Below are positions 19,162 through 27,894 of a DNA stretch of 64,000 bases, piece by piece; position 1 is the first letter of the stretch; every line of letters starts with the position of its first letter. The notes under the pieces were generated by a model that was given only the letters and a program-made list of their open reading frames with translations, was not told the origin of the DNA and did no database searches. The stretch is from Deltaproteobacteria bacterium (lineage in GTDB: Bacteria; Myxococcota; Kuafuiibacteriia; Kuafuiibacteriales; Kuafuiibacteriaceae): positions 1 to 64,000 of the forward strand of contig JAVJQW010000012.1 in assembly GCA_040218735.1 (NCBI GenBank), given 5' to 3'. The translations under genes and the position numbers were made by a program.

Positions 19162-20201
19162 ACCGCGTCGCCGCCGCCGCCTTCGGTGGCGCGATGCTGT
19201 TGGCCACGCCCGCCGCGGCGACCTACTCCATCGTCGGCGCCGACACCGCGACCGGCCAGGTCGGCGGCGCGGGCACGTCCTGCGTCGGCAACTTCTCCGT
19301 CTACAACATCTACGGCTCGGTCCCTGGCGTCGGCGTCGTGCACGCGCAGGCGCGCCTCAACAACCAGGGGCGCGTGCGCGCGGTGCAGCGGCTCGGCGAA
19401 GGTGTCGAGCCGCAGATGATCCTCGACGAGATCACCTCGAACGGATTCGACGGCATCGCCGCGCAGCGCCAGTACGGCATCGTGACCGTCACGCCGAACG
19501 CCGCATCCTTCACGGGCGGACAGTGCGGCGACCACGCGAGCCACCGCACCGGAAACATCGGCACCTACGACTACGCGACGCAGGGCAACATCCTCACCGG
19601 CCGCGCCGTGATCGATCAGGCGAGCGACGCCTTCGAAGCCGACGGCTGCGACCTCGCCGACCGCCTCATGCGCGCGCTCGAAGCCGGCGCGGACAACGGC
19701 GAGGGTGACAGCCGCTGCACCCCGGACGGCATCCCCTCCGACGGCGCGTTCCTCCAGGTCGATCGTCCCGGCGAGCCTGCGGGCAGCTGGCTTCGGCTCC
19801 GCGTCGACGACACCAGCCCCAACGATCCGATCGCCCTCCTCCGTACCCAGTACGACACCTGGCGCGCTGCGAACCCCTGCCCACCGCCGCGCGACGGCGG
19901 CGTCGCCCCCCGCGACGCGGGTCCGCGCGACGGTGGAGGAAGAGACGGCGGGCCGCGGGACGGCGGCGTCGTGGACGCGGGCGTCGAGGACGCGGGCTTC
20001 GTCGATGCGGGGGTAGTTCGCGACGGCGGCGCGAGCGACATCGACGACGCGTCACGCCCCGCGGGCCGCATCTCCAACGCGTGCGGATGCACGAGCACGG
20101 CCCGCGGATCATCCGCAGCGCCGTGGCTCGCCTTCGGGGTGGGGATGCTGCTGCGTCAGCGACGCAGGCGGAAGAAGCCGACGGCGCAGTTGCCGTTCTG
20201 A
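19155..20201 (+). CDS. DUF1028 (Ntn-hydrolase-like) protein with RDGG linker and MYXO-CTERM-like anchor
   Basis: Signal peptide then TYSIVG.D..TG..G; RQYGIV, QGNIL, LADRLM.ALEAG, GDSR, LRVDD; tail CGCT...WLAFGVGMLLRQRRRRK. Confidence 0.85.
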   Translation: MVNRVAAAAFGGAMLLATPAAATYSIVGADTATGQVGGAGTSCVGNFSVYNIYGSVPGVGVVHAQARLNNQGRVRAVQRLGEGVEPQMILDEITSNGFDGIAAQRQYGIVTVTPNAASFTGGQCGDHASHRTGNIGTYDYATQGNILTGRAVIDQASDAFEADGCDLADRLMRALEAGADNGEGDSRCTPDGIPSDGAFLQVDRPGEPAGSWLRLRVDDTSPNDPIALLRTQYDTWRAANPCPPPRDGGVAPRDAGPRDGGGRDGGPRDGGVVDAGVEDAGFVDAGVVRDGGASDIDDASRPAGRISNACGCTSTARGSSAAPWLAFGVGMLLRQRRRRKKPTAQLPF

Positions 20202-23200
20202 CCCGGCACGTAGCCGCCGCACTGGTTCCAAACGCGACGCGACCCGTTGATGTAGCAGTACTCGTTGTTCACGCTGCTCGTGTTGCCGTCGTAGTTCTGC
20301 ACGACGCTCGAGAACCCGAGCGTCGGCGACAGGCGGTGCCCGATCTCCCGGCCCACGTGGTCCACCAGCCAGTCCGCGGAGCGGTCCGTGCCGTTGCACA
20401 GGTGGTGGTAGAGGTACCAGCCGCTGTTGCCCTGCCAGTTCGGCCGGTGGCAGTAGATCTCCACATCGTTCGCCGTCAGCGTCTGGCACTGGATGAAGTT
20501 GCCGCCCGACAACCGAATCCGGCGCGCCGAGAAGTCGATGTTCGTCCAGCCACCGCCGCCGTAGCTCATGTCGCAGAAGACGGTCTGCGACGGCTGCCCG
20601 CCCGCGCCGTCGGGGTCGATCGTGTAGTTGCCGTTCGCGGTGTTGCCGGCCGCGCGGAGTTCGGCGCAGTTCGTCGGCGAGCACGTGCCCGAGCACGACT
20701 GCGTCGACGCCGGCGGGGTCCCGCCACAGTTCGCGTCGGCGACCACGGTGCCGTCGCTCCGCACGCAGCTCACGGCGCGCATCTGCGAACCGGTCTGGCA
20801 GCCCGTCGCGCTGCACGCGCTCCAGGCGCCCGTCGACCAGCTGTAGGTGCAGCTCGACACGTTGGTGCACGCCTGCGAAGTCGCCGGCTGCGGCTCACCC
20901 GCGCAGTCGTAGTCGGGCAGCACGAGGCCGTCGTCGCGCTCGCAGTACACGTTGCGGGTCTGGGTGCCGGTGCCGCACGTCGTGGTGCAGGCGTTCCACG
21001 CGTCCGTCTGCCAGCCCTGCGTGCAGTACGAGAAGTCCCAGCAGGGGAACGTCGTGCCCGGGTGCGGGAGCGATGCGCACGCCGTGTCGGGCGCCGTCGA
21101 GCCGTCCGGGAGGATGCAGGTGATGGTCCGCGGCGTCGTGCCCTGGCCGCAGGTCGTCGAGCAGGCGCCCGCCGGACCGATCTGCCAGTGCAGACGGTTC
21201 GCGCCGACCTGGTTCGTCACCGATCCGTCGACCGTGTCGAGCGTGGTCAGCGTGATGTCCCACTGCGACCAGCCCCAACCCTCGAGCGAGGTGGTGTTGC
21301 CGATGATGAAGACGTCACCGCCGGTCTCCGACGTGTTCTGGACCGCCGCGATGTGGCCGGAGTCGAACGCGAAGCTGCCGTCCTGACGCGTCCAGCGCTC
21401 CGTGCCGTCGAAGCTGTACGCGCGCACGAAGTAGTCCGTGACGCCCTGATTGGTCTGCATCGGGAGCGTGCCGAGCGTTCGACCGGTCACGTAGACCGCG
21501 CCACCCGCACCGTCCGCGACGACGCCCCACGCGAAGTCTTCCTGCGCGTCGGACGAAGCGATCGGGTACTCCCAGAGCTGCTCGCCGGTGGGCGAGAACT
21601 TCGTGATGGTCGCGTCCGGAGAGACATCGCCCGCGCCGCGCGACCAGCCGTTCCACATGCCGTTCGCGGTGCCGCCGTACCAGTCACCGACGATGTACGC
21701 CGAGCCGTCCAGGTCGTCGACCGCGACGCCGAATGCGTAGCCGTACTGGTAGTCGATCGGGCTGAGGCGGAAGCCGTGCCCGCCGACGTGCTGCGTCCAC
21801 ACGGTGGCACCGGTGTCGGCGTCGTGGCGCGCGAGGTACTGGTTGAACGCGGCGTTGGCGTCGAGGTTGTAGCGACGCTCGGTGCCCGCGACGAAGACGT
21901 CACCGCCGTTGCGGCTGATCTCGACGTCCATCGCGTAGGACATGTTCGAGCCGTGCCCGGTGTCCGGGATGTAGTAGTTGGTCCACAGACGCGTGCCGTT
22001 GGTGTCGAACTTCGCGACGAAGGACGCCGGCGTGTTCGCGGGCGAGGCCGAACCCGGGAGTGAGCTCGAGGTGCTGCCGCCGGCGATGTAGACGTTGCCG
22101 CTGCCGTCGACCGTGATGCCGTTGCCGCTGTCGTCGCCACCGCCGCCGAAGAGCTGCGTCCACAGGATCGCACCCGCGGGCGAGAGCTTCATGATCCACA
22201 CGTCACGGCCGCCGGCCGGCGTGAGGCCCTGGAAGGTGCCCTCGGTGTCACCGACGACGTAGATGTTGCCGCTGTTGTCGCGCGCGATGTCGCGCCCGGC
22301 GTCGTCGCCGCTGCTGCCGAGCTGCTGCACCCAGAGGAGGTTGCCGCTGGTGATGTCGTACTGCGCGACGAAGGCGTCGAGGCCGCCCGCGTTCGTCTGG
22401 TTCATGAACGCGCCCTGCGTGTAGCCGGTGATGGTCGTGTTGCCGGAGGTGTCGACGACCGCGCCGTAGGAGTAGCGGCTCGCGACGCTGCCCCACTCGA
22501 CCGCGAGGCCCCAGTCACGAATGCAGCCGGTCTGCGCCGGGAGGTCGGCCGGGCCGATGAACTCTGGCGTCGGCGCGCCGAGGCCGTTCACGTCGGAGTA
22601 CGCCGCGGAGACGTTGACGCCGTTCGTGTAGAAGTCCTGGTTCGTCGTCCCGCCGGACGCCGCCCACGCGGTGATGTTCGGGTAGAGCGTGTCGATCGTG
22701 ACGCCCTCGGACGGGTAAGGAACGAGCGTGGGGAAGACGAGCGCGAACGGGAGGCCCGCGATGTTCGTGTAGCTGCGCGTCGCGTTCGATCCGTCGTCGC
22801 CGGTGTTGAACAGCGCGGTGTTCATGTTCGCGGTTCCGCTGTACTCGGGGCGGTGGATCTCGTGCGTGGGGTCGTCCGTGCGGAAGATGAAGAGGTCGTA
22901 TGGCGCCTGCGACGTCGGGAAGGGCGTCGGCTGCCACATGTCGATCCAGATCTCGATCGTCTCGCCGTGCAGGCGCGGCTCGCTCGGCGACGTGTTGATG
23001 CCGCCACCGTAGTAGTCGAAGAACTCGCGCATGTTGTCGCTGATGACGAACGTGAGGTTGGTGTCGTTCGTCGGGACGAGGTTCACCGAGCCCTCTTCGT
23101 TCTTGTGTTTGTCCCAGCGCGTGAGACGCACGCCGCCGACCGCGCTACGCGGGATCGGGAGGGACAGGCCGAGGCCGCTGCGAAGCTCGGCACCGAGCGC

Positions 23201-23506
23201 CTGGATGTTGAACGTCGCGCGGATCTGGATCACGTCGCCGGCGGCGTCGAACTTGTAGATGTAGTTGTACGCGATGACCGCGTCGTTGAAGTCGAGGTCG
23301 CCGTTGGTCGGCCAGAGGTCCTCGAACATCATCAGGCCGTGGTCGCCCTGCGCCGGGTAGAAGCCGGCGCCGACGGCGTTGGCTTCACACGGGTAGGCGT
23401 CGGCGGCGTCCTTGGTTCCGTCCGCGTCGGCGTCGAACGCCAGCGCGGGGGCGGCGAAGGCAAAGGACGCGAGGAACGGGAGGGCAGCGATCTTCTTCGC
23501 GTTCAT
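20156..23506 (-). CDS. Secreted LruC/DUF4842 domain + SBBP beta-propeller + 3 TSP1 repeats + fibrinogen-like domain protein
   Basis: FEDLWP..GD.DFND..I.Y, HEIH and LPFAL (LruC); D.SGN.YV.G.T repeats (SBBP); W....W..C..TCG.G.Q.R.V.C (TSP1); NCAE...G....G.YTIDPDG.GG....VFCDM...GGGWT (fibrinogen-like). Confidence 0.85.
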   Translation of the reverse strand: MNAKKIAALPFLASFAFAAPALAFDADADGTKDAADAYPCEANAVGAGFYPAQGDHGLMMFEDLWPTNGDLDFNDAVIAYNYIYKFDAAGDVIQIRATFNIQALGAELRSGLGLSLPIPRSAVGGVRLTRWDKHKNEEGSVNLVPTNDTNLTFVISDNMREFFDYYGGGINTSPSEPRLHGETIEIWIDMWQPTPFPTSQAPYDLFIFRTDDPTHEIHRPEYSGTANMNTALFNTGDDGSNATRSYTNIAGLPFALVFPTLVPYPSEGVTIDTLYPNITAWAASGGTTNQDFYTNGVNVSAAYSDVNGLGAPTPEFIGPADLPAQTGCIRDWGLAVEWGSVASRYSYGAVVDTSGNTTITGYTQGAFMNQTNAGGLDAFVAQYDITSGNLLWVQQLGSSGDDAGRDIARDNSGNIYVVGDTEGTFQGLTPAGGRDVWIMKLSPAGAILWTQLFGGGGDDSGNGITVDGSGNVYIAGGSTSSSLPGSASPANTPASFVAKFDTNGTRLWTNYYIPDTGHGSNMSYAMDVEISRNGGDVFVAGTERRYNLDANAAFNQYLARHDADTGATVWTQHVGGHGFRLSPIDYQYGYAFGVAVDDLDGSAYIVGDWYGGTANGMWNGWSRGAGDVSPDATITKFSPTGEQLWEYPIASSDAQEDFAWGVVADGAGGAVYVTGRTLGTLPMQTNQGVTDYFVRAYSFDGTERWTRQDGSFAFDSGHIAAVQNTSETGGDVFIIGNTTSLEGWGWSQWDITLTTLDTVDGSVTNQVGANRLHWQIGPAGACSTTCGQGTTPRTITCILPDGSTAPDTACASLPHPGTTFPCWDFSYCTQGWQTDAWNACTTTCGTGTQTRNVYCERDDGLVLPDYDCAGEPQPATSQACTNVSSCTYSWSTGAWSACSATGCQTGSQMRAVSCVRSDGTVVADANCGGTPPASTQSCSGTCSPTNCAELRAAGNTANGNYTIDPDGAGGQPSQTVFCDMSYGGGGWTNIDFSARRIRLSGGNFIQCQTLTANDVEIYCHRPNWQGNSGWYLYHHLCNGTDRSADWLVDHVGREIGHRLSPTLGFSSVVQNYDGNTSSVNNEYCYINGSRRVWNQCGGYVPGQNGNCAVGFFRLRR

Positions 23507-23898
23507 TACTCGAACCTCGTGACGCCGTTGCCGGAGCTGACATCGATCTGCGCCGTGCGCACTTCGTCACGCGCGAGGAGCCGCGCGCTCACGGTGTTGT
23601 CCTTGGTCGGGATGACCGCATCGAGGACCACCGCTCGGTCGGCCTGGATGGGACCGCGGTAGAGGCGGCGCCCGTCCGCACGCACGATCTCCAGCGCGGC
23701 GCCCTGCTGCACCATCGCAGAAGATGCGGAGACCGCGACCCGGATCGCGCGGTTGGTCTGGAAGGTGAAATCCGCCGGGATGGCGGTCTCCTGGAGCGAG
23801 CCTGGGTTCGTTTGGGGTGTCGAAGGCCCGTCGGCGCACGCCGCGAGACCCAACAGCATTGCCGCTGCGATCCACTTCCATACAGTCACGAGATTCAC
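23506..23898 (-). CDS. Small lipoprotein resembling the N-terminal module of LruC-type proteins
   Basis: Lipobox LAAC; IPADFTFQTNR motif; its stop overlaps the next ATG (TAATG). Confidence 0.7.
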   Translation of the reverse strand: MNLVTVWKWIAAAMLLGLAACADGPSTPQTNPGSLQETAIPADFTFQTNRAIRVAVSASSAMVQQGAALEIVRADGRRLYRGPIQADRAVVLDAVIPTKDNTVSARLLARDEVRTAQIDVSSGNGVTRFE

Positions 23899-24188
23899 GA
23901 TTTCTAATCCCCCCGAATGAGCGACTGTAACCTTTCGACTTCGATGAGTCGCAGATCAGCCGCGCAAACTCTTATGTTCGTGTCGTGACGTAGGTGCAAG
24001 CCTTTGTGACGGCTCAGGTCGGTGCGACCCCTGTACCCTGAGACAGGTCGAGCCCGGCCGCGCGAAGAGACTCCGCGAAAAGCCACGTGATCTCGGTGAC
24101 ATCCCCGGGGTGGGTTCCTCCCACTCCGAGACTCCCCACCGGGAAAAAAGTGCATTCTGAAGTGTGTACTGAGTCGGCGCTCAGGGGG

Positions 24189-26774
24189 TCAGCGACGTCG
24201 GCGGCGTCGCCGCGGGGGTGGGCTCGTCTCGGCCGAGGACCGACACGCCTCCAGGCACCGCTCGAACGCCAGCTCGCACATGGGCGCGCAGCGCGACGAC
24301 GGATCGGTGCATCGGTCCTCGCACGCCGTCTGCTGCTGCTTGGCGTCGTACAGACAGTCGTCGAGCGTGCGCTTCCGCGTGACGCTGCAATCGTCGAACG
24401 CAACCTGCCTTGCGAGCGCCTCCAACGGGAGGGTCTGCGTGAGCGCGTCCGCGTCGACGAACCCGGCCGGCCCGCGCGGCGGGATCAACACGAGCTGCTT
24501 GCCCTCGACCTCCCCCATCTCGCGGACGAGTTGCCCGACCTCCAACCAGAACAGCACCTCGCCGTCGTCGGACGCCGTCGCACGCAGCTCCAGCCCGTGC
24601 ACCTTGGCGTACGCGAAGCCCTCGGGAGCCGGTTCGTCCACCACGTCGGGCATGAGCTCCACGGCCCCCGCCGCTTCGGGCACCTTCGGCGGCGAGCGAT
24701 CGCGCGCGGCCGTCTTCGTCGGGAGCTTGCGCGGACGATCCTCGATCGTGATCGGCTTCGTCTTCTCCGGATCCTTGGAGGACATCGTCACCGCGACGAT
24801 CGCCGACGCCACCACGAGCGTGAGGAACGCGCCGACCCCCACCGCGATCTTGATCGGCGTCGGCGACGCCATGAACGTGTCGAAGGTATCGACGAGCGCC
24901 TCGGCCCCGCGCACGAGCGCCGGCCGCGCCCGCTCCTCGACGCGCTTCATCGCCGCCGCCGCGGACGACAGCACCTCCGCCGCGTTGTCCTGCAGCCGCT
25001 GCGGCTCCGGCGTCTGGGCGTTCTCCACCCGATCCACGAACCGCACGATCGAGGCCGCGCTCGCGGCCGTCCGCGAGCGCGCCAGCTCCTCGTCGATCGC
25101 TGCGAGGAAGACCTCCACCGAGGCGTGACGTTTCTCCGGGTCGGGGCGCAGCGCGCCCGCGATGAGCTTCTCCTGCGCCGGCGAGACGTCGTACCGCGCC
25201 TCCGCGAGCGACGTCCGGAACTGCCGCACGGCCTCTTGCGCGCGCGCGGGATCCTTCACGTCGGCGGGCACCAGCGGGACACCGGCGAGTAGCTCGTAGA
25301 GGATCAGCCCGAGTCGGTACACGTCCGTCCGCGCGTCCCCGTCGCCCGTCGCTTGCTCGGGCGCGACGTAGCGACCGCGATCCTCGAGCCGCCCCGACGC
25401 CACGCCGAAGTCCGTCACCTTCACCGTTCCGTCGCGCGTGACGACGACGGCGCGCGGCGACAACTCGAGATGATGGATGCCCTGCGCGTGCGCTGCACGC
25501 AGCCCGCGTGCGATCCCCTGCGCGATCTTCAGCGCGATGGCCAACGGGACGTCGACCGACTTGTCGGCGGCCGAGCGCAGAAGCCGTTCGAGGTCCGTCC
25601 CCTCCGCGGGCTCCGTGACGACGAAGTCTTCGCCGTCCTCCGACTGCGCCGCGATCACCCGAACGACGTTTGTGTCCTCCACGTCGACCAGGCTCTGCGC
25701 CGCGCCGAAGAAGCGCTGGCGCGATCGTTCGTTCTTCGACAGCGACGGCAGCATCCGCCGCACGTGCACCGAGTCCCCCGCCGAAGGCCCGGACTGCCTC
25801 CGCGCGCGCCAGGTCTCCGCCACCCCGTGCACCGAGATGCGCTCCTCGAGCGCGTAGTCCCCGACCGAATCCGCCTTCGGGGCGGACCGCGCCGCGCGGA
25901 CCGGCTCCGTCGGCGAGGCGGCGCGTCTTTTCACCGCGCGCTCCGGCGGAGGCACCGCCGCCGTGGGCCCGCGATCGATCACCTGGGGCGGCGTGGTCGG
26001 GCCTCGCGTCGACACGGGTATGGGGGGTGCGTCGTGGAGCGCATCGACGTGCTGCGGCGGGAGCGACGACGCCTCTGTCTGCTCGGACTCCAGCGTCTTG
26101 TCCGGATCCCCGCGCTGCGCGGCGACGGGCACCGCGCGCATCTTCGGGGTCGACCCCGCCCGTGGCGGGTGCGCCTCCGCGAGCTCGGTCGCCTCGGCCC
26201 CGAGCAGGTCCCCGGGCAGAATCGACGCCGACAGCGGCTCCGCGGCGCTCCCGCCGAAGCGCACGCCGTGGTCCAGCGACTCACGCGGGGGCGGCGCCGA
26301 AACCGTGTCGGGGCGGTTCGGACCGTAGTTGTTCTGCAGAGCCGCGAGGATCTCGCTGTCCCCCGCGAGCACGAAGCGGATGTCGATCTCCTCGGAGACC
26401 AACGGACGAATCGCGTCGAGCGGTCGCCCGTCGAACGGGTCTGCGACGACGACGAACAACACCTCCTGCTCACCGTCCTTACGACGGGCGAGCGGGATCA
26501 TGCGACACGCGTAGGCGGTCTTCGGGTCGATCAGCCCGAGCACCTGCGGGTGGATCGGCGTGCGCACCGGATCCACGACGTCCATGTTCACCCGCTTCGA
26601 CAGCTCGGTGACGATGCGGTCCTCGGTCGCGACGTTCGTAGCGACGATCTGTTCGACCAACCGCCGCCGCGACGCGCGCCGTCCCGACTCCAGCTCGACG
26701 AGCTGCGACTCGGTGATCAGACCGATCTCGACGAGGGCTTGGCCGAGCTGATCCTGTGCCAGCACCGAGCGCAT
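24189..26774 (-). CDS. MshEN/T2SSE-N domain + Ser/Thr pseudokinase + TM + SH3-like/Cys-rich extracytoplasmic region
   Basis: QLGQALVEIGLITESQL...; kinase fold with DFG and APE kept but HLELSPRA in place of HRDxxPxN; TM IAVGVGAFLTLVVASAIVAV. Confidence 0.8.
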   Translation of the reverse strand: MRSVLAQDQLGQALVEIGLITESQLVELESGRRASRRRLVEQIVATNVATEDRIVTELSKRVNMDVVDPVRTPIHPQVLGLIDPKTAYACRMIPLARRKDGEQEVLFVVVADPFDGRPLDAIRPLVSEEIDIRFVLAGDSEILAALQNNYGPNRPDTVSAPPPRESLDHGVRFGGSAAEPLSASILPGDLLGAEATELAEAHPPRAGSTPKMRAVPVAAQRGDPDKTLESEQTEASSLPPQHVDALHDAPPIPVSTRGPTTPPQVIDRGPTAAVPPPERAVKRRAASPTEPVRAARSAPKADSVGDYALEERISVHGVAETWRARRQSGPSAGDSVHVRRMLPSLSKNERSRQRFFGAAQSLVDVEDTNVVRVIAAQSEDGEDFVVTEPAEGTDLERLLRSAADKSVDVPLAIALKIAQGIARGLRAAHAQGIHHLELSPRAVVVTRDGTVKVTDFGVASGRLEDRGRYVAPEQATGDGDARTDVYRLGLILYELLAGVPLVPADVKDPARAQEAVRQFRTSLAEARYDVSPAQEKLIAGALRPDPEKRHASVEVFLAAIDEELARSRTAASAASIVRFVDRVENAQTPEPQRLQDNAAEVLSSAAAAMKRVEERARPALVRGAEALVDTFDTFMASPTPIKIAVGVGAFLTLVVASAIVAVTMSSKDPEKTKPITIEDRPRKLPTKTAARDRSPPKVPEAAGAVELMPDVVDEPAPEGFAYAKVHGLELRATASDDGEVLFWLEVGQLVREMGEVEGKQLVLIPPRGPAGFVDADALTQTLPLEALARQVAFDDCSVTRKRTLDDCLYDAKQQQTACEDRCTDPSSRCAPMCELAFERCLEACRSSAETSPPPRRRRRRR

Positions 26775-26799
26775 AGCCTAAGCCGATTCGCGGCCCAGA

Positions 26800-27894
26800 T
26801 CACGGATGTGGCTCGGTCGGCGGTGGACCTTCGACCCACGCCGTCAGCGTGCGGTGAAACTGATGCACACAGGCCTCCTGGAGCACCGAGTACCGGCCCC
26901 GGCGGTACGCCCGCGAGCGGATCCCCTCCGCCACCCGGCCCACGATCGCCTCGTCCTCGCGCTGGACCAGGTCGAGCGCGCCCCCCGCGCCGACGTCGCG
27001 CAGCGACGCGTCGCGAACGAACGGCCAGAAGCGCACGGCGGTCCGCTCGACCCCGCGCGGCTCGACGACGTTCACCGACAACCCCCACGGGTAGAAGTTG
27101 AGCATCGTCGTCGGGAACACGAAGAAGTAGTACGCGGCGACGCTGCGGTCCGCGTCGACGTGCCCGTCGGGCAAGTCGAACGCGGGCTCGCCGTCGCGCG
27201 CGATCGCGATCTGCACGTTCTCGCGCTCGCCCACCGCGGTCGTGTACTGCTTGTAGTCGATCGTCCGCGCCAGCGCCGGGTGCACCCACGGGATGTGGAA
27301 GCCCTCCAGGAAGTTGTCGACGTAGAGCGCCCAATGCGACGGCACGTCGTAGGTCGTCTCCGCGTCGAACGCCCACGCCGCGCACCCCATCGCGCCCACC
27401 CGCCGCTCCACCGGCGCGATCCACGCCTCGAACGGCTCGCGCGGCGAAAACGACACGAACACCAGGGGTCCCCACTCCGCGACGCCGAGCCGGGTCAAGT
27501 CATCGCGTCCACTCGGGAAGCCTTCGACGCCCTCCATCTCGGGCATCGAGCGGAACCGTCCGTCGAGGCCGAAGAGCCGCCCGTGGTACGGGCAGCGAAG
27601 GCTCGACGCGCCCTCGCAACGCTCGCCGACGATCGTCGCGCCGCGGTGCGTGCACACGTTCGCAAACGCCGCGAGCGCTCCGTCCGTCTGGCGCACGAGC
27701 ACGACGGGCTCGTCGAGGCTCCCCGGGCCGAGCGTCACCGGCAACACCGTGCCGGGCGCTCTGACGTCCGCGCGGCGCGCGACGACGTGCCACCCGCCGA
27801 GCAGCGCGGTCTCGACCTGCTGCCGGTACTTCGCTTCGGACGTGTAGTGCTCGCTGGGGAGGGTCTCGGCGCGGGAGAGCTCCGGGTCGATCAC
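26800..27894 (-). CDS. Rieske oxygenase alpha subunit (choline monooxygenase-like)
   Basis: NVCTHRG...CPYHG Rieske motif; DNFLEGFHIPWVHP mononuclear Fe site; ED..I. GTG 27894 overlaps the upstream stop. Confidence 0.9.
   Translation of the reverse strand: MIDPELSRAETLPSEHYTSEAKYRQQVETALLGGWHVVARRADVRAPGTVLPVTLGPGSLDEPVVLVRQTDGALAAFANVCTHRGATIVGERCEGASSLRCPYHGRLFGLDGRFRSMPEMEGVEGFPSGRDDLTRLGVAEWGPLVFVSFSPREPFEAWIAPVERRVGAMGCAAWAFDAETTYDVPSHWALYVDNFLEGFHIPWVHPALARTIDYKQYTTAVGERENVQIAIARDGEPAFDLPDGHVDADRSVAAYYFFVFPTTMLNFYPWGLSVNVVEPRGVERTAVRFWPFVRDASLRDVGAGGALDLVQREDEAIVGRVAEGIRSRAYRRGRYSVLQEACVHQFHRTLTAWVEGPPPTEPHP

Noticed and set aside
23899-24188. c-di-GMP or c-di-AMP riboswitch
   Set aside because: The conserved GEMM and ydaO core sequences were not found on either strand.
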